A stretch of 64,000 bases of DNA from Spirochaetia bacterium. Its GTDB lineage: Bacteria > Spirochaetota > Spirochaetia > CAKZLE01. The notes below the pieces were generated by a model that saw only the letters and a list, made by a program, of their open reading frames with translations, searched no databases and was not told the origin of the DNA. The translations under genes and the position numbers were made by a program. Shown piece after piece: positions 19,395 to 28,654 of the stretch. The first letter of the stretch is position 1, and every line of letters begins with the position of its first letter. The DNA lies in the NCBI GenBank assembly GCA_963677595.1, contig OY782041.1:3424001-3488000 (forward strand). The letters run 5' to 3'.

Positions 19395-20534
19395 ATGCTG
19401 AAGAGGGACGAGCTGTTCGACAACGAGCTGCTGGGTCAGCTCCTTGAGGAGGGAAATATCGATCTCCTCCTCGTCTCCTCACGGCATAACGTCCGCTACC
19501 TGACGGGGGGGTACTTCTTCCCCCTCTTCGTCTGGGACACCAATACCCGGGGGACGCAGTACCTGCCGTTCATCGGGATCCCGCAAGGGAGGACTGACGA
19601 GTCGTTCTTCATCGGCAGACCCTGGGAGAAGGGAGTCCTGGAGGATGCGGGGGTCTGGATCTCTGACTGTCAGGAGACCCCGACACTCGGGATCGAACCT
19701 GCGGTGGAACTGCTTGCTGAGACAGTCACGACACGCGGGTTCGCTTTAGCATGCATCGGGGTCGAGATGACGGTCCTCCCTGCGGAGGCCTACCTCCTCC
19801 TCAAGAGACTCCTCCCGCATGCACAGTTCGTGGACTGCACCCCGGTCATGGACAGCCTGCGGGCTGTCAAGCACGAGCGGGAGATCGACATCATCCGGCG
19901 CGGGACGCTCAAGAACCTCACTACCGTGAATGATGTACTCACCTCCGTGGTCCCAGGGATGACCACCAAGGAGGTGGCTGATGCCGTAGCTCAGGGCTAC
20001 CGGGAGAAGGCCATCCACTTCCTCTATGCACTCGTCTGTGCAGGCCCCTCGTTCTACCGGGCGGCCTCCGAGCATATACAGCTGAAAGAGGGACATATCC
20101 TCCAGATCGATACGGGGGCCTTGGAAGAGGGGTATACCGTCGAGACCTGTCGGACCGGACATCTGGGAGAGCCTACGGAAGAGGCACAAACCATGCTCGG
20201 GCTCTGCAGGGAGCTCGAACACCACATGCTGCCTTGGTTCACCCCCGGTATGATGGCCTCTGCCATCCAGCAGGAGGCTGACAGGTTCCTGGGAGAACGG
20301 GCTTCCCCATTCAGGGGGAACTTCATCGCCCACGGTATCGGCATGATCCATCATGAGAAGCCCGTGATCAATGCGACTTCCAACGAACGCCTGCAGGAAG
20401 GCATGGTCCTCTCCCTGGAGATGGAGCATTTCTCCAAGTCTACCGGGCACGTGAAGATCGAGGACATGGTCGTGATCAGGGGTGACGGGGTGGAGATCCT
20501 GAGCCCAGGCGGCAAGAGATGGAACCATGGATAA
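19395..20534 (+). CDS. M24 (Xaa-Pro peptidase/creatinase fold) hydrolase
   Basis: HNVRYLTGG N-domain, LRAVK..E, IDTG...GY.VE.CRT, AHGIG..HE.P, LEME, KIEDMV. Confidence 0.85.
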   Translation: MLKRDELFDNELLGQLLEEGNIDLLLVSSRHNVRYLTGGYFFPLFVWDTNTRGTQYLPFIGIPQGRTDESFFIGRPWEKGVLEDAGVWISDCQETPTLGIEPAVELLAETVTTRGFALACIGVEMTVLPAEAYLLLKRLLPHAQFVDCTPVMDSLRAVKHEREIDIIRRGTLKNLTTVNDVLTSVVPGMTTKEVADAVAQGYREKAIHFLYALVCAGPSFYRAASEHIQLKEGHILQIDTGALEEGYTVETCRTGHLGEPTEEAQTMLGLCRELEHHMLPWFTPGMMASAIQQEADRFLGERASPFRGNFIAHGIGMIHHEKPVINATSNERLQEGMVLSLEMEHFSKSTGHVKIEDMVVIRGDGVEILSPGGKRWNHG

Positions 20535-20760
20535 GGGGACTGGTATCACGATAGAGCTCAAGGCCCCGATGAACAAACAGGTACGATCCGGTACCTATAC
20601 TGCAGCTGAAGGCAGTACGGTAAGCGGATTCTTGAGCTCTCTTGGTATCGGTGATTTGTTAGATTACCTGGTCCTGATTAACGGCAGGCCGGCTGAAGGA
20701 TCATCAACCCTCAAGGACGGGGACGAGCTGCAGCTCCTGCTGCTGCTCAGCGGCGGGTAA
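20527..20760 (+). CDS. MoaD/ThiS family sulfur-carrier protein (AOR-associated)
   Basis: 77 aa, VLING...LKDGDEL, C-terminal GG. Confidence 0.9.
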   Translation: MDKGTGITIELKAPMNKQVRSGTYTAAEGSTVSGFLSSLGIGDLLDYLVLINGRPAEGSSTLKDGDELQLLLLLSGG

Positions 20761-20766
20761 GGTCTG

Positions 20767-21423
20767 TCACCAGAGCCTGTTCACGAACTTGCTTGCCTGG
20801 GTGAGGTGCTGCACCATCTTCTCGGAAGCCTGCTGCTGGTCCCCTGAAAGGATCGCATTGAGCAGTTCAAGGTGTTCTCTCAAGACATCGTGGTAGCGTC
20901 TCTTCGTGAATCGTTCGCCGATGAAGTTGCGGATACGCAGGGTCCGGTCCATGAGCTGGCTGTATATCTTGTTCAGGGACTCGTTCTCCAGGGAACTGAC
21001 GATCGCCATATGGGTGGTCTCTCGGGTACCCCACTCGATGGACTGCTCATCAAGGTCCTCGGAGGTGGCAAGCATCACCTGCAGTTCATCACGCAGTGCC
21101 TGCAGTTCCTCATTCCCGCCTCTCGCAGCAGCCCTGGCCGCTACGCTGGACTCGATGATCTCCCTGATCTCGTAGATATCACGGATCTCGTTCTGCGTGA
21201 TGTTGGAGATGATGGAACCGCGTCCCGGGAAGTTCTCGACGAAGCCGTTCTGTTCCAGTTCACGAAGTGCTTCCCTGATGGGGGTCTTGCTCACACCCAG
21301 GTTCTCGGCCAGGATGGCTTCGTTGATGGGCATCCCGGGCTTGAGCTCATTGCTGATGATCTTCTGCTTCAGGGTCTCATAGACTTGTATCTTCTTGTTC
21401 TTCGTCTTATTATAGATATCCAA
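20767..21423 (-). CDS. GntR (FCD/VanR subfamily) transcriptional regulator
   Basis: Probable TTG start at 21423. wHTH LAENLGVSKTPIREAL and an FCD domain (IREIIE...EH..LL.AI..GD). Confidence 0.9.
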   Translation of the reverse strand: MDIYNKTKNKKIQVYETLKQKIISNELKPGMPINEAILAENLGVSKTPIREALRELEQNGFVENFPGRGSIISNITQNEIRDIYEIREIIESSVAARAAARGGNEELQALRDELQVMLATSEDLDEQSIEWGTRETTHMAIVSSLENESLNKIYSQLMDRTLRIRNFIGERFTKRRYHDVLREHLELLNAILSGDQQQASEKMVQHLTQASKFVNRLW

Positions 21424-21601
21424 TTCAGCAACCTTGGCAATAAAAAATAATGAAAAAATAATCGTATTATTATTATATCCTGTTAATGGTGAGACGTCTA
21501 TTACTGTTTTACTCTTTTTTGTGGAAACTTCCTGTAACTGGTAGCATGGAAAAGTTTTAGTTGATACCAATGGTTGGTACTCTGCTGGAGAAGCATAGAT
21601 G

Positions 21602-21632
21602 AGCCCTCCAGGATCTGTTGTCCCGGAGGGCT
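21602..21632 (-). terminator. Hairpin downstream of the TraF-like gene
   Basis: AGCCCTCC(A)GGA...TCC(C)GGAGGGCT inverted repeat. Confidence 0.55.
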
Positions 21633-21663
21633 GTAGAGTTTGGATCATTCAGGTAGATGCCTG

Positions 21664-22914
21664 TCAGCCGTCAAGCCCAAGGCTGACTCTCACGGAGAGT
21701 GCATCGATCGGCCTGTCGCCGATGTTGAGGCCGTACTCCCTCCAGTAGTAGCTTGCATCCACATGGAAGATGAGCAGGTCAGCCCCGACCCCTGCTGAGA
21801 GGTAGCCCTTGTTCATGCCGGCCCTTACATCGAGGAGGGAGAGCAGCTTCACCTCAGCACCTGCTGAGAGGTGCTTCCAGAGGGCATTGGGGTCACTCTC
21901 ATAGGTCTCTGCCAGTCCCAGCACGTCATCCAATCCGACTGCGATCCTCGGGTTGAGTATGGATGCGAGGCCGCCCCTGACAGGTGCCCAGCCAAGGCCG
22001 AGGTCCACACTCCAGGGGACTGCCGCGGTGAACGTCGAACTCGTCGCTGCCTCGTCGGTATCGATATAGACCGCGTCTGTCCCGGCAAGGGCTGCCAGTT
22101 CGTTCAGCCATGCGCCAGCCTCGCTGTAGCGGGTGATCGTGTAATCCCCGTTGAGGTTGCGCAGGACACCGCTGAGCCGAAGCCCGACAGGTCCGTTCAC
22201 GTTGACCCCGACATCGATAGGAAGCGCGTAGCCTGCTGCCAGTTCGTAGTTCGCGAGCAGGTCACTGGTGATGTCTTCTGACCCGCTCATGACGGTGGTG
22301 AGGATGCCTGAAGCGCCGATGGAATCAGAATAGGCTGTATAGGTCGGCCGTGCCGTGACGCCGGCATCGATCGAGAGAAGATTGTCTACCAGGGGCAGCG
22401 AGAACCCGATACCAAGGGCCGCGGAAGCGTTGAGCTCAGCGACCAGGTTGAGGCCGGCTCCCGTCCCGACGGTGTGCAGCTTCTCCTGCAGGTTGACGCC
22501 GAAACCGAAGCCGCCGCCGGCAAAGCCGACAGAGAGATCCGTGGTCAGCAGTTCACCGCGGGATGCGGTGATGGTATCGAGGAAACTGAGGGCGACCGTC
22601 TCATCGACGGTCCCCGCGAGCACCTCCTCGATCAGCCCGGAGTCCACGATGTTCTTGACATTGTAGGCAGTGAGCGTGAGGCTCGGGAGGTAGAGAGAGA
22701 AGGGCTGCCCGGCAAGATTCGCCGGATTCTCATAGAGTGAGTCTAGGCCTGTGGAGGAGGAGACTCCAGCCCCTCCCATGGCCTCGACACGGGCGCTTGT
22801 GGGTGAGAATGAGGTCCCTGAGTAGAACGGTTCAGGGAAGTCCGACTCTGCAGCAAGGTTGAATGCAGAGATGCCAATAAAACTTATAAGCAGCAGTATG
22901 GTAATTCTTTTCAT
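21664..22914 (-). CDS. Predicted outer-membrane beta-barrel protein (TraF_2/FadL-like)
   Basis: Signal peptide; SARVEAMGGAG...LYENPANL N-terminal motif; amphipathic strands; C-terminal VRAGMNKGYLSAGVG. Confidence 0.7.
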   Translation of the reverse strand: MKRITILLLISFIGISAFNLAAESDFPEPFYSGTSFSPTSARVEAMGGAGVSSSTGLDSLYENPANLAGQPFSLYLPSLTLTAYNVKNIVDSGLIEEVLAGTVDETVALSFLDTITASRGELLTTDLSVGFAGGGFGFGVNLQEKLHTVGTGAGLNLVAELNASAALGIGFSLPLVDNLLSIDAGVTARPTYTAYSDSIGASGILTTVMSGSEDITSDLLANYELAAGYALPIDVGVNVNGPVGLRLSGVLRNLNGDYTITRYSEAGAWLNELAALAGTDAVYIDTDEAATSSTFTAAVPWSVDLGLGWAPVRGGLASILNPRIAVGLDDVLGLAETYESDPNALWKHLSAGAEVKLLSLLDVRAGMNKGYLSAGVGADLLIFHVDASYYWREYGLNIGDRPIDALSVRVSLGLDG

Positions 22915-24023
22915 GATTCTTCCTCCGGCAGGTTAAGTTCAAGCTCTACAAGATATGTCTGGAGCATATCGGTGATGAAGTAGTTGTTCGGAACAAAGTT
23001 GGAAATGAAGACAAGCAGCTCTGCATAGGTCCCCGTTGCAGGGAGTGTGTTCAAGCCATCTGATACCTGGAAAGTGACTTCCCTCCTGAACGAGGTCTTG
23101 AGGTTCTCCATGATGGGAGTCAGGTACTCTGTGCTTAAAGTATCCCAGTCTGGATCTGAGGACTCTATCGTATTCAAGGCTTCATATAAAAGTTCTCCCA
23201 TGGTGAATGAAGCGCCGGTCATGATGGCATCCCGGTCACTGACGATGATGTTGAAGGCCGCCAATAAGATGTCATTCAGAGACATTTCAAGATTTTCGAA
23301 AGAGGTCGTAGCCAGTTTTGTGTACACCTCAAGAAGCAGCTCTGAGTTGGCATCAAATGCCGCAAGTTCCTCTTCGCTGATGACTGAATCACCGTTTGTG
23401 TTGAGACCGTCAACCAATTTGCTCAGCTCACTGGCAGCGATTGATATATACTGCTCGAACCCGCTAGTCGAGACTTCCCGTGAAGCTGGACCTGATCGTT
23501 CAATATCTGCGCCTCCAAAGGGGGACATCGCGATCAGGAAGTCATAGAGGGTCTCGGCCTGCTGCTGCAGGATTTCCTCCTCCTCTGCGGTGAGGGTCTG
23601 TCCCTCTGCTTCGATCAGGTCAGTAATGAGGATAGCCGCGATCAGGTCTCCCTGGTTCTTGATCTCGATCCCGAGATCGTTCATCTTCGTCCCGACATTC
23701 TGCGGTACCTGTTCAGGGGAGACGGGTACACTCCGGAAGGTCTCTACCGCATTGGCGGTCTCGCCCTCGCTCTCGAGCAGTAAGCTCACGGAACCCCGTA
23801 TCTCAGCCACCTGATCCTCTGTCGTGGGATTATCGCTGCTGGTCCCTTCAAGGGAGCTGCTTATTGCCTCGGTGTTCTGTGTCACCGGTGTGACAAAGCC
23901 CTGGTCGACCAGTACGTTCCCCCCGAACTGTCCCAGCACGGAACTGATGTCGGTCAGCTCACACGAGCCGAGCAGCAGTATCACGACGAGGGCAGCGGGT
24001 ATCAGTCTGTATAGTTTCTTCAT
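22911..24023 (-). CDS. Acidic lipoprotein, hypothetical, with one EF-hand-like loop
   Basis: Lipobox LLLGSC, GGAGG RBS, NTNGDSVISEEE loop; ATGA-coupled to the barrel gene. Confidence 0.8.
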   Translation of the reverse strand: MKKLYRLIPAALVVILLLGSCELTDISSVLGQFGGNVLVDQGFVTPVTQNTEAISSSLEGTSSDNPTTEDQVAEIRGSVSLLLESEGETANAVETFRSVPVSPEQVPQNVGTKMNDLGIEIKNQGDLIAAILITDLIEAEGQTLTAEEEEILQQQAETLYDFLIAMSPFGGADIERSGPASREVSTSGFEQYISIAASELSKLVDGLNTNGDSVISEEELAAFDANSELLLEVYTKLATTSFENLEMSLNDILLAAFNIIVSDRDAIMTGASFTMGELLYEALNTIESSDPDWDTLSTEYLTPIMENLKTSFRREVTFQVSDGLNTLPATGTYAELLVFISNFVPNNYFITDMLQTYLVELELNLPEEES

Positions 24024-24258
24024 ACCATTCCTCCATAGCTATGAAATCTGCACGTCGTAGTAAATCTACAAGTATTCTCTATGCACTTATACAATGAATA
24101 TAATAAAGTTCATAGAAGTTGTGAACTATAAAGTTATTTTTCTTTACCAGGGGGTAGACAGCCCCTCTATGCAGCAGGGGAGGTTGAGAAAGAGAGAGAT
24201 GACTAATCCACTGATTGCATGTCAGTCAGAGGAATTCATAGGGTATGAGGCTGAGCAC

Positions 24259-25734
24259 TCAGTCGTACCAGCCGGGAAGCTCCTCGGAGAGCGAGACATA
24301 GATGTTCTTCGTCTGGGAATAGCTCTCCATGGCCATCAGGTGGGCATCACGCCCATAGCCTGACTGCTTGTAGCCGCCGAAGGGACTGTGGGACGGGACG
24401 AGGTTGTACTCGTTGACCCACATGGTCCCGGTCCGTACTGCCTTCGCTACTCTCATGGCCCGGTTCAGGTTACGTGTCCATACAGCGCCTGCGAGGCCGA
24501 AGTCCGAGTCATTCGCTATCCTGATGGCTTCCTCTTCGTCAGAGAAGGGGATCGCTACCAGGACCGGACCGAAGATCTCCTCCTGGGCTATCCTCATGGA
24601 GTTGTCCACATCGGCAAAGAGGGTTGGTGCGACATACGCCCCGCCTTCATACTTCGGGGTAGTGAGCCTGATACCCCCGGTGACAAGACGTGCCCCCTCC
24701 TCGATGCCGGCCTGTACATATCCCAGCACGGAGGATGCCTGGGACTCGTCGATCATCGGCCCCATGCGGACTGATTCGTCGAGCGGGTCGCCGATCCGTA
24801 CCGCTTCGAAGCGAGTCTTCAGCTCCTTTACTGTCTCCTCGTAGATATCCCGGTGGACCAGCAGTCGTGAGCCGGCATTACACATCTGTCCCTGGGCGTA
24901 GAGAACCGCGAGGAGGGCAGTATCAAGGGCCTTCCCCATCGGGGCATCGGGGAAGATGATGTTCGCCGATTTGCCCCCGAGTTCCAGGGTGGCAGGGATG
25001 ACGTTCTGCGCTGCGGCAGCAGCGATGGACCGGCCTACCTCGGTTGAGCCGGTGAACGCGATCTTATCGATACCCGGATGAGAGATCAGGTGATGCCCGG
25101 CAGTCGACCCCGGCCCCACGATGACGTTCAGGACACCGGGAGGCAGGAGGTCCGCTGTCACCTGGGCGAGCAGGAGCAGGCTCAGGGGTGTGGCCGATGC
25201 AGGCTTCGCCACGATGGTGTTCCCCGCAGCAAGGGCCGGGCACAGTTTCCACCCGGCTATGAGGAAGGGGAAATTCCAGGGGACCACTGCTGCGACGACA
25301 CCGATGGGCTCCCTGGTGATCATGCTGTAGGAGTGCTCATCGTGCCATACCAGCTTGTCCTCATGGGTCCGAATTGCCCCTGCGTAGTAGCGGAACTGGT
25401 CAATGACGGCAAGGACGTCCTCGCGCGTCTCCACGATCGCACGGCCGGTATCCATGGTCTCGGCCCGGGCGAACAGCTCAAGCTGCCCTTCGAGCCTGTC
25501 CGCGACAGCGAGCATCAGGTCCGACCGCTCCACGGCTGATACCGCGGCCCAGGAGGCGAAGGCTCCTCGGGCGCTCTCCACAGCCTGGTCCACCATGCTC
25601 GCATCTGCCTGGCAGATCTGGGCTAGGGTATCCCCGGTCGTAGGGTTTCGGTCAGGACGGTTCTCCCCGGCAGGAGAGACGAACTCCCCTGCGATGAATG
25701 AGGAGTAGTGCTCGTTAAGTTCAAATGTACTCAT
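24259..25734 (-). CDS. NAD-dependent aldehyde dehydrogenase
   Basis: VPWNFP, FTGSTEVG, LELGGKS, GQMC (catalytic Cys), EEIFGPV. Confidence 0.95.
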   Translation of the reverse strand: MSTFELNEHYSSFIAGEFVSPAGENRPDRNPTTGDTLAQICQADASMVDQAVESARGAFASWAAVSAVERSDLMLAVADRLEGQLELFARAETMDTGRAIVETREDVLAVIDQFRYYAGAIRTHEDKLVWHDEHSYSMITREPIGVVAAVVPWNFPFLIAGWKLCPALAAGNTIVAKPASATPLSLLLLAQVTADLLPPGVLNVIVGPGSTAGHHLISHPGIDKIAFTGSTEVGRSIAAAAAQNVIPATLELGGKSANIIFPDAPMGKALDTALLAVLYAQGQMCNAGSRLLVHRDIYEETVKELKTRFEAVRIGDPLDESVRMGPMIDESQASSVLGYVQAGIEEGARLVTGGIRLTTPKYEGGAYVAPTLFADVDNSMRIAQEEIFGPVLVAIPFSDEEEAIRIANDSDFGLAGAVWTRNLNRAMRVAKAVRTGTMWVNEYNLVPSHSPFGGYKQSGYGRDAHLMAMESYSQTKNIYVSLSEELPGWYD

Positions 25735-25758
25735 ATTTCCAATCCTTTTTATCTATGA

Positions 25759-27321
25759 TCAGTCCCGCACGACCTCGATCAGGGTAGGCCCCTGCTCATT
25801 GAGTGCGCCGGTGAGTGCCTCAGCCAGCTCTGTCGGGCTGGTGACCCTTCGGCTGGGGATGGCATAGGCATCAGCCAGCTTGAGGAAATCGGGATTCTTC
25901 AGGTCCACGGCGATGCGTTCACCCGGGTGTCTGGCATCCTCGGTGCGTCGTATCTCCCCGTAGCCGTCATTGTTGAACATGACCAGCGGTAGGCAGAGTC
26001 CCTGCTCGCAGGCAACGGCAAGCTCCTGCATGGTGAACTGGAACCCACCGTCCCCAGTGAGGATGCATACAGCCCTCTGCGGGTTTGCAGTCTTGGCCCC
26101 GATGGCGGCAGGCAGGGCAAAGCCCAGTGTCCCGAACCCCACGGGATGGAGGAAGCTGCGGGGCACATAGGCCGGGTATTCGCTTAACCCCAGGTAGGCC
26201 GGGGAGGTCATGTCAGAGACCAGGAGCCCGTCCCGGGGGAGGACGCTCCTGATCGCCCCAAAGATCTCCCGGTAGAAGTCGATATCAGCCTGGGGGACTC
26301 CAAGGGTAGGGGCAAGCTCTTTTGCAGCTCCCTCAAGGATCGGTGCTTTATCGAAGGAGGGTTCCATGAAGTTGAGTTTCCACACCATCTCGGAAAGGAC
26401 GGCAGCAGCATCACCGCAGACACCCACCTCACACCGGAGTTCGTTGTCAAAGTCAGCAGGGTTGATGTTCACCTGGATCAGTTTCCCCCCGAATGTGAAC
26501 GGGACTTCCCAGAGATCGGTCGGAGATAGTTCCGTTCCCACAGCCAGCACGACATCCGCGCTGTCGATCAGCTTCCTGATGCTGGGAAGGTGGATCCGGG
26601 TCCCCAAAGCCAGGGGATGGTCCTCAGGCAGCACTCCCTTCCCGCCGAGGGTAGTGATGACCGGTGCCCCGAGTCTCTGGGCAACTCCCTTCAGCTCGTT
26701 GGCCGCACCCACACTCCCTCCGCCTGCGATGATCACCGGGGAGGAGGCTTCATTCAGGATCCTGCAGGCTTCGATGAATTCCCTATTGTCGAGGATATCC
26801 TCCCCCGGGACCTCCTCGAGGACATCGAGGGGGATCTCCACATGTACCGGGCCGGGTTTTCCCTTCGAGGCGATGGCGAAAGCCTCGGTTACGGTCTTCT
26901 CGATCATATCGGCTGACATGACGATGCGGCTCTCCTTGGCTACCGAGGAGCTCAGGATAGTGGAATTCTTCAGCTCATGGAGGAAGCCGCTGTCGCGCAG
27001 CCTGGTACGGCGGGAGAGCTGGCTGGAGATCACGAGCATGGGGATAGAGTCATGCAGGGCTTCCCCCATGGCTGTCGATATGTTGGTCAGACCGGGTCCG
27101 GTGATCACCAGGGCGACCCCGGTCTTCCCGGTGCTCCTGCCGTACCCGTCAGCCATGAAACCGGCCCCTGCCTCGTTGCGTGAGGTGATGTGTTTCAGGG
27201 AACTGTGTATGAGCTCATCATAGATCCTCAGGTTATGGATTCCCGGGATCCCGAAGATATGTTCACATCCCAGGGACTCCAGGGTCTGTACCAGTATGGC
27301 TGCACCGTTCTTCTGTTTCAT
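25759..27321 (-). CDS. ThDP-dependent 2-oxoacid decarboxylase (acetolactate-synthase-like; AruI type)
   Basis: FGIPGIHN, RNEAGAGFMADGYGR, ITGPGLTN, GFGTLG, and the GDGG...NN ThDP motif. Confidence 0.88.
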   Translation of the reverse strand: MKQKNGAAILVQTLESLGCEHIFGIPGIHNLRIYDELIHSSLKHITSRNEAGAGFMADGYGRSTGKTGVALVITGPGLTNISTAMGEALHDSIPMLVISSQLSRRTRLRDSGFLHELKNSTILSSSVAKESRIVMSADMIEKTVTEAFAIASKGKPGPVHVEIPLDVLEEVPGEDILDNREFIEACRILNEASSPVIIAGGGSVGAANELKGVAQRLGAPVITTLGGKGVLPEDHPLALGTRIHLPSIRKLIDSADVVLAVGTELSPTDLWEVPFTFGGKLIQVNINPADFDNELRCEVGVCGDAAAVLSEMVWKLNFMEPSFDKAPILEGAAKELAPTLGVPQADIDFYREIFGAIRSVLPRDGLLVSDMTSPAYLGLSEYPAYVPRSFLHPVGFGTLGFALPAAIGAKTANPQRAVCILTGDGGFQFTMQELAVACEQGLCLPLVMFNNDGYGEIRRTEDARHPGERIAVDLKNPDFLKLADAYAIPSRRVTSPTELAEALTGALNEQGPTLIEVVRD

Positions 27322-27415
27322 GTATTCCCTCTTGTCTGCCGTAGTACGGCAACTGTAATTCTTAGTGTATAACGTAAAAAGCTTGATGAATAAGGAGCTG
27401 TATGGTGTCTTGGGA

Positions 27416-28411
27416 TCACCCTGACACCTCCGGGTTGATGACCCGCTGTATCAGCTCGTTCCTGCCGTGTATGAAATGAATGATATTCCAGGCAGCTCTC
27501 TCCTGTACTTCCCTGAGAGAGCGCTCGGAGTAGAACGCGGAGTGGGGTGTGATGATAACATTGCTGCGTCCCACCAGGGGATGTCCGGCAAGGACCGGGT
27601 TCTCGGTTGCCAGCACATCGAGTCCTGCCCCTGAGATGGTCCCTTCATCGAGGGCGGTTATGAGGTCCTCCTCGCAGATGAGGCCCCCACGGGCGACATT
27701 GATGATATAGGGGGCTCTCTCCATCTTCCTGAACGCCTCTTTATTGAGGAATCCCTCGTTCTCCGGTGTCAGGAGCATGTTGAGGCTGATGAAATCGGCA
27801 CGGCTGTAGATCCCTTCCGGACTGACACGCTCAACATTCGCATTCTTGAACACCTCATCAGGCATGTAGGGGTCATAGGCGATCACGGTAAGGCCGAAAG
27901 CCTGGGCTCGTGCTGCCAGAGCCCTCCCTATCTTGCCGAACCCGAGGATACCCAGGACGGAGTCTGCAAGACGGAGGCATCCCTGTGCTGCGAGGTAGTC
28001 CCAGACACCCCTATTCTCGATATTCCTCTGGTGGACCTTGATCTTCTTGTTCAGGTCCAACAGCAGGGTCATTGCATGGTTGGCGACCTCCCCGCTGCAG
28101 TAATCGCTGACGTGTGAGACGAGGACCTTCTGCCCGGTCGCAGCTTCGATGTCGACGAAGTTGAAGCCGGTGGCAGCTACCGATACCATCTTCAGACGTT
28201 TCGCTTCGCTGATGACATCGGCCGTTACCGGAGCGAAGGCGGTCAGGAGGTAATCAGCATCCCGGACATTGCCGGCAAGGTCCTCTTCACCTGAGATTGC
28301 CTCGACGATTATCTCGGTATCACGGGACAGCTCCCGTCTCAGCAGGTCGTAGGAGAAGGATATGTTGTCTCCCAGTCCTTCTTCGTAATCACTGATCAGA
28401 ATCTTCATCAC
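27416..28411 (-). CDS. D-isomer-specific 2-hydroxyacid dehydrogenase (CtBP-like)
   Basis: DYCSGEVANHA, LGFGKIG, INVARGG, GLDVL..E, TPHSAFYS. Confidence 0.92.
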   Translation of the reverse strand: MMKILISDYEEGLGDNISFSYDLLRRELSRDTEIIVEAISGEEDLAGNVRDADYLLTAFAPVTADVISEAKRLKMVSVAATGFNFVDIEAATGQKVLVSHVSDYCSGEVANHAMTLLLDLNKKIKVHQRNIENRGVWDYLAAQGCLRLADSVLGILGFGKIGRALAARAQAFGLTVIAYDPYMPDEVFKNANVERVSPEGIYSRADFISLNMLLTPENEGFLNKEAFRKMERAPYIINVARGGLICEEDLITALDEGTISGAGLDVLATENPVLAGHPLVGRSNVIITPHSAFYSERSLREVQERAAWNIIHFIHGRNELIQRVINPEVSG

Positions 28412-28654
28412 TCACTCTCTTTGTATGAATCTTCGCTACTCGGCATCGAATGATTCCTGATGGAATATTAAGTAAACGAAGTATTATGTCAGCATACTGA
28501 AACAGAGAGGAAAAGACAACCTCCGTATTATGCAGGTGATATGGTTAATTAAGGTTCTTGGAATGCTCATGGCTTTGTATAAATGAACCACAGTCTTGAC
28601 GTATTTCCATAAAAAAAGTTAGTATTCTAAATAAAATTACATATTGGAGTACTT

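Noticed and set aside
12687-20760. Standard Thermotoga-type inositol pathway, or protocatechuate/gallate ring cleavage
   Set aside because: There is no IolG-type Gfo/Idh/MocA dehydrogenase, kinase or sugar ABC, and no dioxygenase, PDC hydrolase or OMA hydratase. The TRAP, AroQ, AOR and CHA aldolase fit a carboxylated cyclitol better.
21424-21648. Long N-terminal extension of GntR
   Set aside because: It runs through an AT-rich promoter region and a terminator hairpin. The domain starts near TTG 21423.
21664-22914. Conjugative element suggested by the TraF-like protein
   Set aside because: No relaxase, VirB4/VirD4, integrase or other tra genes are present.
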